From the NCBI GenBank assembly GCA_965219085.1, contig OZ244720.1, positions 1 to 64,000 on the forward strand: 64,000 bases of DNA. The letters are read 5' to 3'. Of this stretch, positions 20,797-31,572 are shown piece by piece; within the stretch, counting starts at the first letter, position 1, and the number at the start of each line of letters is the position of its first letter. The notes under the pieces were generated by a model. The model ran no database searches. It was not told where the DNA came from and saw only the letters and a list, made by a program, of their open reading frames with translations. A program made the translations under genes and the position numbers. Source of the stretch: Dehalococcoidia bacterium. GTDB lineage: Bacteria > Chloroflexota > Dehalococcoidia > UBA2979.

Positions 20797-21351
20797 ATCG
20801 CGAAAGAACTGCGCACCAACGAGCAGATACTCGTACCGCGGGTTCGCGTCGTCCAGGACACTGTACAACTGGGGATCATGGAAACGCGCGAGGCGCAGCG
20901 CCTCGCCGATGAGGCCGCGCTCGACCTCGTCGAGGTGGCGCCGGGCGCCGATCCGCCGGTGGTCCGGATCATGGACTACGGGAAGTACCGCTACGAGCAG
21001 TCGAAGCGGGAGCGCGAGTCGCGCAAGAGTTCACGGCGCTCGTCGTTGCGCGAGGTGCGGATGCGCGTCAAGATCGATGAGCACGACATCGCGTTCAAGG
21101 CGCGGACGGCGCGCAAGCTGCTGGGCGAGGGCGACAAGGTCAAGATCTCGGTGATGTTCCGCGCACGCGAGATCACCCACCCCGAGGTCGGCCGCGAGCT
21201 GCTGGACCGCTTCTACGAGCGCATCAGCGATGTCGCGAACGTCGAGCGGCAGCCGCACATGGAAGGGCGCACCCTGTCGATGGTGGTGATGCCCGACCCG
21301 AAGGCGGCGCAGCGCGAGGAAGAAGCCGCAGCCGCAGGGGGAGACGCCTAA
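20797..21351 (+). CDS. infC: Translation initiation factor IF-3 (non-canonical ATC start)
   Basis: In-frame extension IAKELRTNEQI after AGGAG; DLVEVAP, MDYGKYRYE. Confidence 0.93.
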   Translation: MAKELRTNEQILVPRVRVVQDTVQLGIMETREAQRLADEAALDLVEVAPGADPPVVRIMDYGKYRYEQSKRERESRKSSRRSSLREVRMRVKIDEHDIAFKARTARKLLGEGDKVKISVMFRAREITHPEVGRELLDRFYERISDVANVERQPHMEGRTLSMVVMPDPKAAQREEEAAAAGGDA

Positions 21352-21353
21352 CC

Positions 21354-21548
21354 GTGCCGAAGATGAAGACCCACAAGGGGACGGCGAAGCGCGTCAAGAT
21401 CTCCGGCAGTGGCAAGCTGCAGATACGCGCGCATCACCTCAACAACAAGCGCATGAAGAAGCGCCGCACCAAGCTCGCCGCCCTGCGCGACATGCACGAG
21501 GTGCACCCGACGCACCGCAAGCGCATCCGCCGCCTGCTGGCCGTCTAG
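21354..21548 (+). CDS. rpmI: 50S ribosomal protein L35
   Basis: MPKMKTHKGTAKRVK; located between infC and rplT. Confidence 0.95.
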   Translation: MPKMKTHKGTAKRVKISGSGKLQIRAHHLNNKRMKKRRTKLAALRDMHEVHPTHRKRIRRLLAV

Positions 21549-21578
21549 GCCTCGACCGGCGCACCGAAGGATCCACCG

Positions 21579-21938
21579 ATGCCCCGCACCCGTAACCGCG
21601 TACAGACACGCAACCGGCACAAGAAGATCCTGGCGCGCGCCAGCGGGCACCGCGGCAAGCGCCACAAGAACTTCAAGGTCGCCAACGAGTCCGTGCTGCA
21701 CGCGATGCGCTACGCCACCGAGCACCGGCGCGACCGCAAGGGCGACTTCCGGCGGCTCTGGATCGTGCGTATCAACGCCGCCGCGCGGATCCACGGCACC
21801 ACGTACTCGCGCATGGTGAACGGCCTCAAGCGCGCCGGTGTGGAGGTCGACCGCAAGATGCTCGCCGACCTCGCGGTGCGCGAGCCGGACGCCTTCGGCG
21901 CCCTCGCCGAGCAGGCCAAGGCGGCGCTCGCCGCCTGA
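21579..21938 (+). CDS. rplT: 50S ribosomal protein L20
   Basis: RKGDFRRLWIVRINAA, DRKMLADLA. Confidence 0.97.
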   Translation: MPRTRNRVQTRNRHKKILARASGHRGKRHKNFKVANESVLHAMRYATEHRRDRKGDFRRLWIVRINAAARIHGTTYSRMVNGLKRAGVEVDRKMLADLAVREPDAFGALAEQAKAALAA

Positions 21939-21982
21939 GCCGTCCCGCGGCGAGGGCCGCGATCAGTCCTCAACCGGACCGC

Positions 21983-22009
21983 ACGAGCCCGCCATCACGG
22001 CGGGCTCGT
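21983..22009. terminator. Hairpin terminator after rplT
   Basis: ACGAGCCCGCC-ATCAC-GGCGGGCTCGT. Confidence 0.7.
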
Positions 22010-22044
22010 TACGTCTACAAGAAGTCCCTGCCGAGAAGCGGCGT

Positions 22045-22770
22045 CTACGCGAAGCGCCGCGCGTCGTCGGCCGCGTAGCCCGCGACCGCGAGGTCGGCCT
22101 GCCCGGCCGCCTCGATGCGCTCGACCACGTCGGCGAGCTGGCCGGCGGGGATGGCGCACGTCATCTCCGAGTTGGGCATGCCGGTGCGCACGCGGCTGAG
22201 CTGGCAGCCGACGCTCGCGGCAGCGACGCCCTGCTCTTTCGCCATGGCGATGATGTGGCACTGCGGCTTGCCCTGCATGCTCAGTTCGGGCAGGCCGTCG
22301 GACAGCACCATCAGTTGCCGCCCGGTGACGCGCAGCAGCACCACGTCGGGGTCGATCGGCGTCTCGGCGAGCGGCCCGTAGGTCACGGCGCCCGGCTGCT
22401 CGGTGACGACGGGGATGTGCGGCACCACCTCGAGCGTCACCCAGCCCGACTCCAGCAGCGCCGCCACGTCCGAGTTGCCCGCGACGTCGTCGAGCGTCTG
22501 GAAGCCGTGCGTCATGCTGCCGACGCTGCAGTTCGCATGGTCCTCGGCGACCGTCGAGAAGGTGCGATCCGTGGACTTCATCCAGAACACGCAACCCGCC
22601 GGCACGCGGCCGGTGCGGCCGTCCGGCATCGCGTCCGGCATCGGGTCGTCGAACGCGTCGACGCCCTCGGGGCGCTCGGCGGTGAACGTGATCGCGATCG
22701 GCGCGATGTCGGTCCCGACGCCCGCCATCAGCCGCTGCGACAACGCCTGCCAGTCTTGAGTCGTGGCCAT
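22045..22770 (-). CDS. DUF169-like cysteine-containing protein
   Basis: GCVFW, CSVG, YGPL..TPIDPDVV, PQC, SVGC..SR pattern. Confidence 0.7.
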   Translation of the reverse strand: MATTQDWQALSQRLMAGVGTDIAPIAITFTAERPEGVDAFDDPMPDAMPDGRTGRVPAGCVFWMKSTDRTFSTVAEDHANCSVGSMTHGFQTLDDVAGNSDVAALLESGWVTLEVVPHIPVVTEQPGAVTYGPLAETPIDPDVVLLRVTGRQLMVLSDGLPELSMQGKPQCHIIAMAKEQGVAAASVGCQLSRVRTGMPNSEMTCAIPAGQLADVVERIEAAGQADLAVAGYAADDARRFA

Positions 22771-22880
22771 TCGGAGTCTCCTTCAATGCGCCGCCGCGCG
22801 CCGGCAGCTCGATGAGCATTGGTCTCGCGAAGACTACAGGGGCGAGGCGATAGGCGGGCGGGGAACTCGGCCCGGCAGCC

Positions 22881-25196
22881 CTACTCGTTGGGCGCCGCGT
22901 CTGCGCCAACATCGGGGGCGACATCGGAGGCGACCGCGGGGGCCACGGCGGGAGACGGCGTCGGGGGCCGCGCGACCACGGACGTGCCGGCCGGGATGCC
23001 GTTCGGGAACAGCGCCACGAACCGCTCGTTCACGAGAGCTGGGGCGCCCAGGATGTAGGACACGTAGGCGTCGCCGTCCCAGGCGTAGACGGCCGTCACG
23101 GAGAGGCGGCGCGCGCACGCCTCCAGCGCGCCGATGCCGCCACCCTCGTATGTCACGAGGCGGAAGTCGTCGGCGAGGCCGTCCAGGCACTCGCGCACCT
23201 CGATCAGCACGCGGTACTCCCGTTTCCGGGCGCCGTCCTCCGAGGTCACCGTGACGGTGACCTCGGTACCGGCGTCTACCGCCGCCTGGTGGCCGTTCTC
23301 CAGGTCGCCGTCCACGTCGGTGGGCACGATGGCGACCGTTGCGCCGTCCTGGACTGGCAAGGCCTCGATGACGGTCTTGCCCGCACCCCCGGAAAGGATG
23401 CCCGTGTACTCCGGCCGGTCGGGTGAGAACTCGCCGATATCGATATGGGTGAGCGTCAGCGAGGCGAGCCGGGCGTCGATGCCGTCGGGCATGTTGTAGC
23501 TGTAGACCTTGTCATCGTTGGCGTCCGCGACGTACATCACACTGCCGCCAGACCAGATGCCGCGCGGGCTGTTGTTGCCCGCGCCCCGGAGCGTCGTGAA
23601 GTCCTCGTCGCCAACCCGCACCAGCTCCGCGCCCTCGAGGCGGTACGCGAGGAGCTTCCGCTCCTGACCGTCCGAGACCCACACGCCGACACGATCGGAC
23701 CAGATGCCGTGCGGATCGCGATTGGAGGCGCCGAGGTCGTACGCGGCAGCGACCTCTCCGGTGTCGAGGTCGTACACGTAGACGCTGTCATCGACCCCGT
23801 CGAGCACCCACATCGCCTCGTCGTCGGACCAGATGCCTCTCGCGCCGACGTTGCCGCGAGCCAGTTCGATCTCGCGCTCTGGAAGGCGTGTACCGCTTGT
23901 GAGGTCGTAGGCGAAGAGTCGGTTCTTGCCGCTGTCGGCGACCCACATCACGCTGCCGTCCGACCACAGGCCTCGAGGGGCGCGGTTGGCATCGTCGAGC
24001 GCGATGTCACGGTCCTCGGCGCGTTCGCCGGTGGCAAGGTCGTACGCGTAGACGCTGTCGCCGACGCCGTCGCTGTTCTGCGCGACCCACAACGTCTCGC
24101 CATCGGACCACAGCCCGGTAGCCGCGTCGTTCGCCTCGGCGAGCGGATCGATGTCGCGCTCGACGTTCCAGCCGAAGCCGGCCTCGGTACCCGCCGGTGC
24201 ACGCGGTGTAGGCGCGATGGAGAACACGGGAGCGCTCGGGACGTTGGTGTTCACGGGATTGATGCCGGGCGGGCTGTCGGCGTTCCGCGCTGGGAGCACG
24301 TCGAACTCATATTGGTAGAGGGGCGCTACCCCCTGCGTCTCGTGCCGAAGGAGGAAGACAGCCGGGCCCGGCTCGCAGGCGACGACCCAGAGGGTTTGAT
24401 GGATCGCGCGCCGCCAGTTCTGCAGGTGACGCTCCCCACTACAGGCTTCAAGGGCGTCGCCCGGCGGAGTGTCGAGTCCCCCGACGCCATGAAAGGAGCC
24501 GGTCTGCGAGCTGTTCAGGTAGACGTTCAGGTGGTCCTCGGGATACCTCGGGATGGAACTGCGGAAGCGGAACCTGCGCCACTCTCCCACGTGCATCGGG
24601 GAAGCTCGAGGATCCGGATCCATCCATGCAAGCGCGTCCGGTTCCGGAGGCGGGCCGTACTGGTCGTCGGCGGCCAGATACCTCGTGAGGAGGAAGGTCA
24701 GCCGAGTGGATGCCAGTGCGATCTTGTCCCCGGGGTTCAGCGTATCGGCCCTGGAGATGCTGACGTTCAACGTGTAGTCGTACGTCCCGAATCCCCCGGG
24801 GACGTACACGCACGTCTTGAACAGCCTGACCGTCAACACCTCCTCGCTCTCGTCCACGGGTACCGCGATGTCCGTGCCGGTGTCCTCGCCGTAGCAGTGG
24901 CTCGTCCGCGACTCATGCCCCGTCAGGTCGGCACGGAACGTGAGCTCCGAATAGCTGGCAGGGTCGAGGTTACTCAGGGTCACCTCGGCTGTGAGGGGGA
25001 CCGTGTTCGGCAGGTGGTCACCGGGCGACAGCTCGATGGAGATGGAGGGCGCCGCCTGCGCATGAGCGTCCAGCGACCCCTCGGCCACCACGATGACCAA
25101 TGCCGCGAACAGCGCCAAAGCACCAAAGCCGACGGCGGGCGGCGTTCGCTTCACCGATGCTCCCCGGAACCCTCGCGCGCCCGAGCGAGGCATCAC
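22881..25196 (-). CDS. Secreted protein A: variable N-terminus + GxWSDG beta-propeller + cadherin-like beta-sandwich
   Basis: Signal peptide; repeated GLWSDG/GIWSD..WV.D units; [18 protein letters not shown]...VTVTSEDG..Y. Confidence 0.75.
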   Translation of the reverse strand: MMPRSGARGFRGASVKRTPPAVGFGALALFAALVIVVAEGSLDAHAQAAPSISIELSPGDHLPNTVPLTAEVTLSNLDPASYSELTFRADLTGHESRTSHCYGEDTGTDIAVPVDESEEVLTVRLFKTCVYVPGGFGTYDYTLNVSISRADTLNPGDKIALASTRLTFLLTRYLAADDQYGPPPEPDALAWMDPDPRASPMHVGEWRRFRFRSSIPRYPEDHLNVYLNSSQTGSFHGVGGLDTPPGDALEACSGERHLQNWRRAIHQTLWVVACEPGPAVFLLRHETQGVAPLYQYEFDVLPARNADSPPGINPVNTNVPSAPVFSIAPTPRAPAGTEAGFGWNVERDIDPLAEANDAATGLWSDGETLWVAQNSDGVGDSVYAYDLATGERAEDRDIALDDANRAPRGLWSDGSVMWVADSGKNRLFAYDLTSGTRLPEREIELARGNVGARGIWSDDEAMWVLDGVDDSVYVYDLDTGEVAAAYDLGASNRDPHGIWSDRVGVWVSDGQERKLLAYRLEGAELVRVGDEDFTTLRGAGNNSPRGIWSGGSVMYVADANDDKVYSYNMPDGIDARLASLTLTHIDIGEFSPDRPEYTGILSGGAGKTVIEALPVQDGATVAIVPTDVDGDLENGHQAAVDAGTEVTVTVTSEDGARKREYRVLIEVRECLDGLADDFRLVTYEGGGIGALEACARRLSVTAVYAWDGDAYVSYILGAPALVNERFVALFPNGIPAGTSVVARPPTPSPAVAPAVASDVAPDVGADAAPNE

Positions 25197-25384
25197 GCGA
25201 CTTGATGCTGGGTCTGATCACCTTCGGAATATATGTCCATGACATACGGGATGTGGCGTGCGATCAAGGACGGAGGGCAACATGGGCGAGCCGGGCGAAC
25301 GCCCAGCTCCCGCTTACGATCACTCGATAGGAGTTCGCTCCGCTCGCCGGCCGGCCCGATCACGACTTGAGTGGGGCTCGTCAT

Positions 25385-25972
25385 GTCAGGCCCGAATCTC
25401 CGCGCCGAGCTCGCGCGCGAGGCGATTCACGAGGCGGCCCTGCTCGCGGTTCGCGTCCTCGGTGGTGAGGGTGCGGTCGAGCGCCTGGTAGCGGATCGCG
25501 AAGGCGATCGACTTCTTGCCCGCGGGTAGCTGCTCGCCGCGGTAGACGTCGAACACGCGCGCCTCGGCGACGAGCCGCGACTGCTCGATGCGCGACTACA
25601 ACTCGCCGGCCGCGACGTCCTCGTCGACGACGAGCGCGAGGTCCTGCTCGACCGCCGGGAAGCGCGGCACCGGCGCCGCGCCGCGACGCTCGGGCATCGC
25701 GTCCAGCAGGGCCGCGAGGTCCAGCTCGAAGAGCGCGACCGGCCGGTCGACGCCGAACGCCTCGAGGGTGTCGGGATGCACCTCGCCCAGCACGCCGACG
25801 GGCGTCCCGCCCACGCTGAGGCGCGCGCTGCGCCCGGCCTGCAGGCCGTGCTCCTCGTGCGGGGCGTACTCGAGGTAGTCCGCGAGCGGCCGGCCGACGG
25901 GCGCGTCGGCGGGCAGTTCGAGGATGCCTTCGTGTGCTTCGGAGAGCCCGAGCTCGCGCTCGGACAGTACCA
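25385..25972 (-). pseudogene. pheT: Displaced, internally deleted pheT duplicate
   Basis: 25385-25869 matches 28671-29154 and 25871-25972 matches 30638-30739; CAG>TAG at 25596-25598; different final codons (EIRA* vs EQRV*). Confidence 0.9.
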
Positions 25973-28571
25973 GGCGGGCGGGCAACTCGGCGCGGCGGCC
26001 CTCCTCGTTAGGCCCTGCGTCGGCGGCGACATCGGGGGCGACAGCGGGGGCCACGCCGGGAGGCGGCGTCGGGCGCCGCGCCACCACGGACGTGCCGGCC
26101 GGGATCCCGTCGGGGAACAGTGCGACGAAGCGCTCGTTGACGAACGCCGGGGCGTCGAGGATGTACGACACGTAGACGTTGCCGTCCCAGGCGTAGACGG
26201 CCGTCACCGAGAGGCTGCGCGCGCACGCCTCCAGCGCGCCGATGCCGCCACCCTCGTATGTCACGAGGCGGAAATCGTGAGCGAGGCCGTCCAGGCACTC
26301 GCGCACCTCGATCAGCACGCGGTACTCCCGTTTCCGGGCGCCGTCCTCCGAGGTCACCGTGACGGTGACCTCGGTACCGGCGTCTACCGCCGCCTGGTGG
26401 CCGTTCTCCAGGTCGCCGTCCACGTCGGTGGGCACGATTGCAACCATCGCGCCGGGCTGGGCTGCCGAGGCTTCGATGACGGTCTTGCCCGCACCCCCGG
26501 AAAGGATGCCCGTGTACTCCGGCCGGTCGGGTGAGAACTCGCCGATATCGATATGGGTGAGCGTCAACGACGCGAGTCGCGCGTCGATGCCGTCGGGCAT
26601 GTTGTAGCTGTAGACCTTGTCATCGTTGGCGTCCGCGACGTACATCACACTGCCGCCAGACCAGATGCCGCGCGGGCTGTTGTTGCCCGCGCCCAGGAGC
26701 GTCGTGAAGTCCTCGTCGCCGACCCGCACCAGCTCCGCGCCCTCGAGGCGATACGCGAGGAGCTTCCGCTCCTGACCGTCCGAGACCCACACGCCGACGC
26801 CGTCCGACCAGATGCCGTGCGGGTCGCCGTTGTCGGAGTCGAGCTCGTAGACGGCCGTCTGCTCGCCACTCCCGAGGTCGTAGAGATAGACGCTCTCGTC
26901 ACTGCCGTCGAGCACCCACATCGTCGTCCGATCGGACCAGATGCCGCGCGGGTCGTCGTTCGCATCGCTGAGGTTGATGTCACGCGCCTGGAGGCGCTCG
27001 CCGCTCTCCAGGCTGTAGGCGAAGAGGCGTTCGCGGCCGCTGTCAGAGACCCAGATCGTCTCGCCGTTGGACCAGAGGCCGCGCGGGGCGAGGTTCGTCT
27101 TGTCCAACTCGAAGTCGCGCTCCTCGGCGCGCTCCCCACTCGCGAGATCGTAGGCGAAGACGCCGTCGTTGTTCAGCGCGACCCACAACGTCTCACCGTC
27201 CGACCACAGCCCCGTGGCGCCGTCGCTGCGGGGGTCCAGCTCGGCGATGTCCTGACTGACAGTCCACGCGAAGTCGGCGTCACTCGGGGTGGGGCCGGCC
27301 CCGCTGGCGGGGCAGACGCTCGGCGGCGGGTGGATCGGTGGCTCTGTCGTGGCGCTGGCTACGATCCGCAGTATCCGGTCCGTGCCGCCGCCGTTCGAGG
27401 TGGACACGTAGAGGGCGCAGTCGGGGCCGAGCATCGGGGTCCGGAGCCGACCGTACGTGCGATCGAGCTCGGATACGACAACCTCACTCAGCAAGGCGCC
27501 GTCCGCTGCGAACTCGAAGAGCCGCAGCTTGCGATTCTTGAGGGTCGCGACCGCCAGTCGCCCCTCCCAGGCGCCCCACTGCTCGCCCTCGAGGAAGATG
27601 CCGCCGCTGGTTGCGCGCGTCGGATTGCCGGACGACCACTTGGCCTCGACGGCGTCGGGGAACTCCGCGAGGTCGGTCATGGGGACGCCCTCGTTGTAGC
27701 GCGGTACGGGGTTCCAGCCGTAGTTGCCGCCGGAGGTCAGCAGATTGATCTCGTCGTCTACCGAAGTGCCGTGCTCCACCGACCACATTTGACTCGTGCC
27801 GGGGCGCAGCGCGAGGCCCTGCACGTTGCGGTGGCCGTAGGTGTAGATCAGGGAGCCGAACGGGTTGCCCGGCGCCGCGGCGCCCGTCGATGCGTCGACG
27901 CGGAGCACCTTCCCGCCGAGCGAGGTCAGGTCCTGCGGCGTTGAGCCGCGCGCCGCGTCGCCGGTGGAGATCCACAGATAGCCCCGCGGTCCGAAGCGCA
28001 GCCGGCAGCCGCCGTGCCGGCCATTGCTAGCGGTGGGCAGCCCTCCGACGAGGGGATCGGCGACCCGGGTGGCCGAGGTGTACGCCGCGTCGATGGTCCA
28101 TGCGATGACCTGCACCTCGGGCCCGGCGTGGCCCTGGCACGTGTAGAAGCGCCGGTTCGAGGCAAAATCGGGATCGACGACGATGGCCATCAACCCCGTC
28201 TCGCCGTGGGCGAACAGGTCGGCGAGGTCGGCGCTGACGGTCTGCACCGTGCCGTCCGTGAGGCGCGCGCTCAGCACGCCGCGCCGCTGGGTGAAGAGCA
28301 TCGCGCCGTCCGGCGCGAAGGCGATGTCCCAGGGGATGTTCAACCCGGAGACGAACACCTCGACCGAGAGCGTCGGTGGGGAAGCCTCGCTCCCAACCGT
28401 GTTGCGGGCGGCCTCAACCGGCCCCGACTGCGAGGACTCGACGCGCGGAGTAGCGAGTGCGCCCCCCAACACGAGCCAGAGGAGCAGGCACAACAGCGCG
28501 CAGGCCGCCACAAGCGACAGCCTGGCCGCGAGCCGCGCCGCGATCGTGTCGTCTGCCATGGGCTCATCCAC
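25596..28571 (-). CDS. Secreted protein B: PQQ-dependent sugar (GSDH/Asd-like) dehydrogenase + same propeller/cadherin module, read through into pheT remnant
   Basis: [40 protein letters not shown]; stop of paralog A (TAG) is GAG here. Confidence 0.8.
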   Translation of the reverse strand: MDEPMADDTIAARLAARLSLVAACALLCLLLWLVLGGALATPRVESSQSGPVEAARNTVGSEASPPTLSVEVFVSGLNIPWDIAFAPDGAMLFTQRRGVLSARLTDGTVQTVSADLADLFAHGETGLMAIVVDPDFASNRRFYTCQGHAGPEVQVIAWTIDAAYTSATRVADPLVGGLPTASNGRHGGCRLRFGPRGYLWISTGDAARGSTPQDLTSLGGKVLRVDASTGAAAPGNPFGSLIYTYGHRNVQGLALRPGTSQMWSVEHGTSVDDEINLLTSGGNYGWNPVPRYNEGVPMTDLAEFPDAVEAKWSSGNPTRATSGGIFLEGEQWGAWEGRLAVATLKNRKLRLFEFAADGALLSEVVVSELDRTYGRLRTPMLGPDCALYVSTSNGGGTDRILRIVASATTEPPIHPPPSVCPASGAGPTPSDADFAWTVSQDIAELDPRSDGATGLWSDGETLWVALNNDGVFAYDLASGERAEERDFELDKTNLAPRGLWSNGETIWVSDSGRERLFAYSLESGERLQARDINLSDANDDPRGIWSDRTTMWVLDGSDESVYLYDLGSGEQTAVYELDSDNGDPHGIWSDGVGVWVSDGQERKLLAYRLEGAELVRVGDEDFTTLLGAGNNSPRGIWSGGSVMYVADANDDKVYSYNMPDGIDARLASLTLTHIDIGEFSPDRPEYTGILSGGAGKTVIEASAAQPGAMVAIVPTDVDGDLENGHQAAVDAGTEVTVTVTSEDGARKREYRVLIEVRECLDGLAHDFRLVTYEGGGIGALEACARSLSVTAVYAWDGNVYVSYILDAPAFVNERFVALFPDGIPAGTSVVARRPTPPPGVAPAVAPDVAADAGPNEEGRRAELPARLVLSERELGLSEAHEGILELPADAPVGRPLADYLEYAPHEEHGLQAGRSARLSVGGTPVGVLGEVHPDTLEAFGVDRPVALFELDLAALLDAMPERRGAAPVPRFPAVEQDLALVVDEDVAAGEL

Positions 28572-28670
28572 TCCCCGCGCACTGACTTGCGTGGAGGCCG
28601 GAGCGCGGACGCTCGCAACAGCACGCCGCCTTCGGCCGCCTCGCGTACGGTCGGGGCTCCCAACGGAAGC

Positions 28671-31115
28671 CTACACGCGCTGCTCCGCGCCGAGTTCGCG
28701 CGAGAGGCGGTTCACGAGGCGGCCCTGTTCGCGGTTCGCATCCTCGGTGGTGAGGGTGCGGTCGAGCGCCTGGTAGCGGATCGCGAAGGCGATCGACTTC
28801 TTGCCCGCGGGTAGCTGCTCGCCGCGGTAGACGTCGAACACGCGCGCCTCGGCGACGAGCCGCGACTGCTCAATGCGCGACTGCAACTCGCCGGCCGCGA
28901 CGTCCTCGTCGACGACAAGCGCGAGGTCCTGCTCGACGGCCGGGAAGCGCGGCACCGGCGCGGCGCCGCGACGCTCGGGCATCGCGGCCAGCAGCGCCGC
29001 GAGGTCCAGCTCGAACAGTGCGACCGGCCGCTCGACGCCGAATGCCTCGAGGGTGTCCGGCTGCACCTCGCCGAGCACGCCGACGGGCGTCCCGCCCACG
29101 CTGAGGCGCGCGCTGCGCCCGGCCTGCATGCCGTGCTCGTCGTGGGGGGCGTACGCGAAGTCGATCGCCAGCCGCTCCCCCAGCTCCTCGATCACGCCCT
29201 TCGCGTCGAAGAAGTCGAGGGGGCGGTCGAGCGGGCTGCCCCAGCGGTCGCGGTCGCCGCCGCAGAGCGCGCCGGTGACCACCTCGCGCTCATCGGGGAG
29301 CGGTCCGTCCTCGCCGCGTCGCGGCGCGTAGGCGCGCCCGATCTCGAAGATCGCGATCTCCTCGGCCCCGGCGCGTACGTTGCGGTCGACGACCTCGATC
29401 AGCGAGTGGCGCAGCGAAGTGCGCAACACCTCGTGGTCCGAGGACAGCGTGTTGCGCAGCCGCAGCGGCGGGTCCGCGTCCAGGTCCGCCGAGGGCTGCA
29501 CGCGGCGCAGCACCTCCTCGGTCGTCAGCGAGTAGCTGATCGTCTCCTGCAGCCCCGCCGCGGCGAGGGCGCGGCGCACGCCTTCGCGCAGCTCGTGCTC
29601 CGGCGCGGGCTCGTGCGGCGGGACGCGCCCGCGCACCGTGGTGGCCGGCAGCCGGTCGTAGCCGGCGATGCGCACGACCTCCTCGGCGAGGTCGTCGGCG
29701 ATGGCGATGTCGGTGCGCCACCACGGCGCGGTCACCTCGAAGCGCTCCGTGTCGTCCTCGCCCGCGGGCTCGACCTCGAAGCCGAGCGTGCCGAGGGCCG
29801 CCTCGACCTCGTCGTCTGGCACGTGGAAGCCGAGCACGGTGTCGAGGCGGTCACGGGTGAGCGTCACGCGCGCGTCGGGCTGCGGGCGCGGGTAGACGTC
29901 GACCATGCCGCGACGCGCGGTGCCCCCGCAGACCTCGACCAGCAACTGCGTCGCGCGGCGCGAGGCGCGGGCGGCGAGCTCGGGCGCCAGCCCGCGCTCG
30001 AAGCGTGACGACGCCTCGCTGCGCAGCCGCAGACGCGTCGAGGTGCGGCGGATGCTCGCCGGGTCGAACTGCGCGGCCTCGAGCAGCACCCGCGTGGTGC
30101 CCTCGTGCACCTCGCTGTCGAGGCCGCCCATGACGCCGGCGAGGGCGATCGGGCCGGTGTCGTCGGTGATCAGCAGCGTGTCGGCGGCCAGCTCCCGGTC
30201 CTCGCCGTCGAGGGTCGTCAGGCGCTCACCCTCGCGCGCGAGGCGCACGACGATCGTGCCGTGGATCTCGTCGGCGTCGAAGGCGTGGAGCGGGTTGCCG
30301 AGTTCGAGCATCACGTAGTTCGTGACGTCGACGACGTTGTTGATGGGGCGCTGCCCGGCGGCCCGCAGCCGCTCCTGCATCCACTGCGGCGAGGGCCCCA
30401 CGCGCACGCCCTCGACGACCGTGGCGGTGTAGCGCGCGCACAGGTCGGGGTCGTCGATGGCGACCGCCGCGGCGTCGTTCACGTCGGCGTCGCCCTCGGT
30501 GTACTCGCTGCCGTGCGGGCGCACGGTGTCGCCGGTGACAGGGGCGCCCGTGATGGCGGCGGTTTCGCGGGCGATGCCGACCATGTTCATCATGTCGGCG
30601 CGGTTCGGCCACGTGTGCACGTCGAGCACCACGTCGCCGAGGTAGTCGGCGAGCGGCCGCCCGACGGGCGCGTCGGCGGGCAGCTCGAGGATGCCCTCGT
30701 GCGCTTCGGAGAGCCCGAGCTCGCGCTCGGACAGCACCATCCCCGCCGACTCGACGCCGCGAATCGTCGCGGGCTTGAGCGTCGAGCGCTCGCCGTTACG
30801 GGGGTCGATGAGCTCGGCGCCTTCGCGCGCGAACGCGACACGCTGCCCGGCAGCGACGTTCGGCGCGCCGCAGACGACGGTGCGAGGCTCGCCCGCGCCG
30901 TACTCGACGGTCGCGAGCTTGAGGCGGTCGGCGTTGGGGTGCGGGCCGATCGAGATCACCTCGGCGACCGTGACGAGCTCGCGGTCCCAGTCGCCGATGC
31001 GCTCGATGCCCTCGACCTCGGCCGACGCCATCGTGAGCCGCTCGGCGAACGCGTCGACGTCGAGGTCGTCGGGGAGGTCGACGTAGTCGCGCAGCCACTT
31101 GAGGGAGACGAGCAT
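28671..31115 (-). CDS. pheT: Phenylalanyl-tRNA synthetase beta subunit
   Basis: MLVSLKWLRDYV, HPNADRL, VVCGAPN, PINNVVDVTNYVM, FDX-ACB C-terminus. Confidence 0.97.
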   Translation of the reverse strand: MLVSLKWLRDYVDLPDDLDVDAFAERLTMASAEVEGIERIGDWDRELVTVAEVISIGPHPNADRLKLATVEYGAGEPRTVVCGAPNVAAGQRVAFAREGAELIDPRNGERSTLKPATIRGVESAGMVLSERELGLSEAHEGILELPADAPVGRPLADYLGDVVLDVHTWPNRADMMNMVGIARETAAITGAPVTGDTVRPHGSEYTEGDADVNDAAAVAIDDPDLCARYTATVVEGVRVGPSPQWMQERLRAAGQRPINNVVDVTNYVMLELGNPLHAFDADEIHGTIVVRLAREGERLTTLDGEDRELAADTLLITDDTGPIALAGVMGGLDSEVHEGTTRVLLEAAQFDPASIRRTSTRLRLRSEASSRFERGLAPELAARASRRATQLLVEVCGGTARRGMVDVYPRPQPDARVTLTRDRLDTVLGFHVPDDEVEAALGTLGFEVEPAGEDDTERFEVTAPWWRTDIAIADDLAEEVVRIAGYDRLPATTVRGRVPPHEPAPEHELREGVRRALAAAGLQETISYSLTTEEVLRRVQPSADLDADPPLRLRNTLSSDHEVLRTSLRHSLIEVVDRNVRAGAEEIAIFEIGRAYAPRRGEDGPLPDEREVVTGALCGGDRDRWGSPLDRPLDFFDAKGVIEELGERLAIDFAYAPHDEHGMQAGRSARLSVGGTPVGVLGEVQPDTLEAFGVERPVALFELDLAALLAAMPERRGAAPVPRFPAVEQDLALVVDEDVAAGELQSRIEQSRLVAEARVFDVYRGEQLPAGKKSIAFAIRYQALDRTLTTEDANREQGRLVNRLSRELGAEQRV

Positions 31116-31141
31116 GTGCTTAAGCTCCGGTCAGACTCCGG

Positions 31142-31570
31142 CTAGAACTGGTCGATGAGGATGGAGTTGCCGTCGGGGTCCTCGAGGACGATGTGCGCGG
31201 GGCCCTCGTCCGCGTCGGCGGGCAGCGCCACCGCCGGGTCGTGCCCCTCGGGCATCTCGTGCAGCAGCTCGGTCTCGACGCCGCGCTCGGCGATACGGGC
31301 CTGCACGGCGCGCACGTCGGGGGGATTGAAGGTCAGGATGTTGCCCTCGAACATCCCTTCGAAGAGCCCGATGATCGCGCCGCCCTGGCCCATCATCATC
31401 CACCCCTCGCCGCCCCCGAGCGGCTCGAAGCCGAGCTGCTCATAGAACGCCTGCGAGACCGCGAGGTCGCTCACGGACAGGCTCACCGAGAAGTAGCCGA
31501 GGTTGGGGTCACCGGCCGGCGGCGGCTGGGGTGGTGTGACGTCGCCGCTTCCGGGCTCTGGGTCTGCCAT
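31142..31570 (-). CDS. VOC/glyoxalase-family protein
   Basis: FSVSLSVSDLAVSQAFYEQLGF, IGLFEGMFEGNILTFNP, DPDGNSILIDQ. Confidence 0.85.
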   Translation of the reverse strand: MADPEPGSGDVTPPQPPPAGDPNLGYFSVSLSVSDLAVSQAFYEQLGFEPLGGGEGWMMMGQGGAIIGLFEGMFEGNILTFNPPDVRAVQARIAERGVETELLHEMPEGHDPAVALPADADEGPAHIVLEDPDGNSILIDQF

Positions 31571-31572
31571 CG

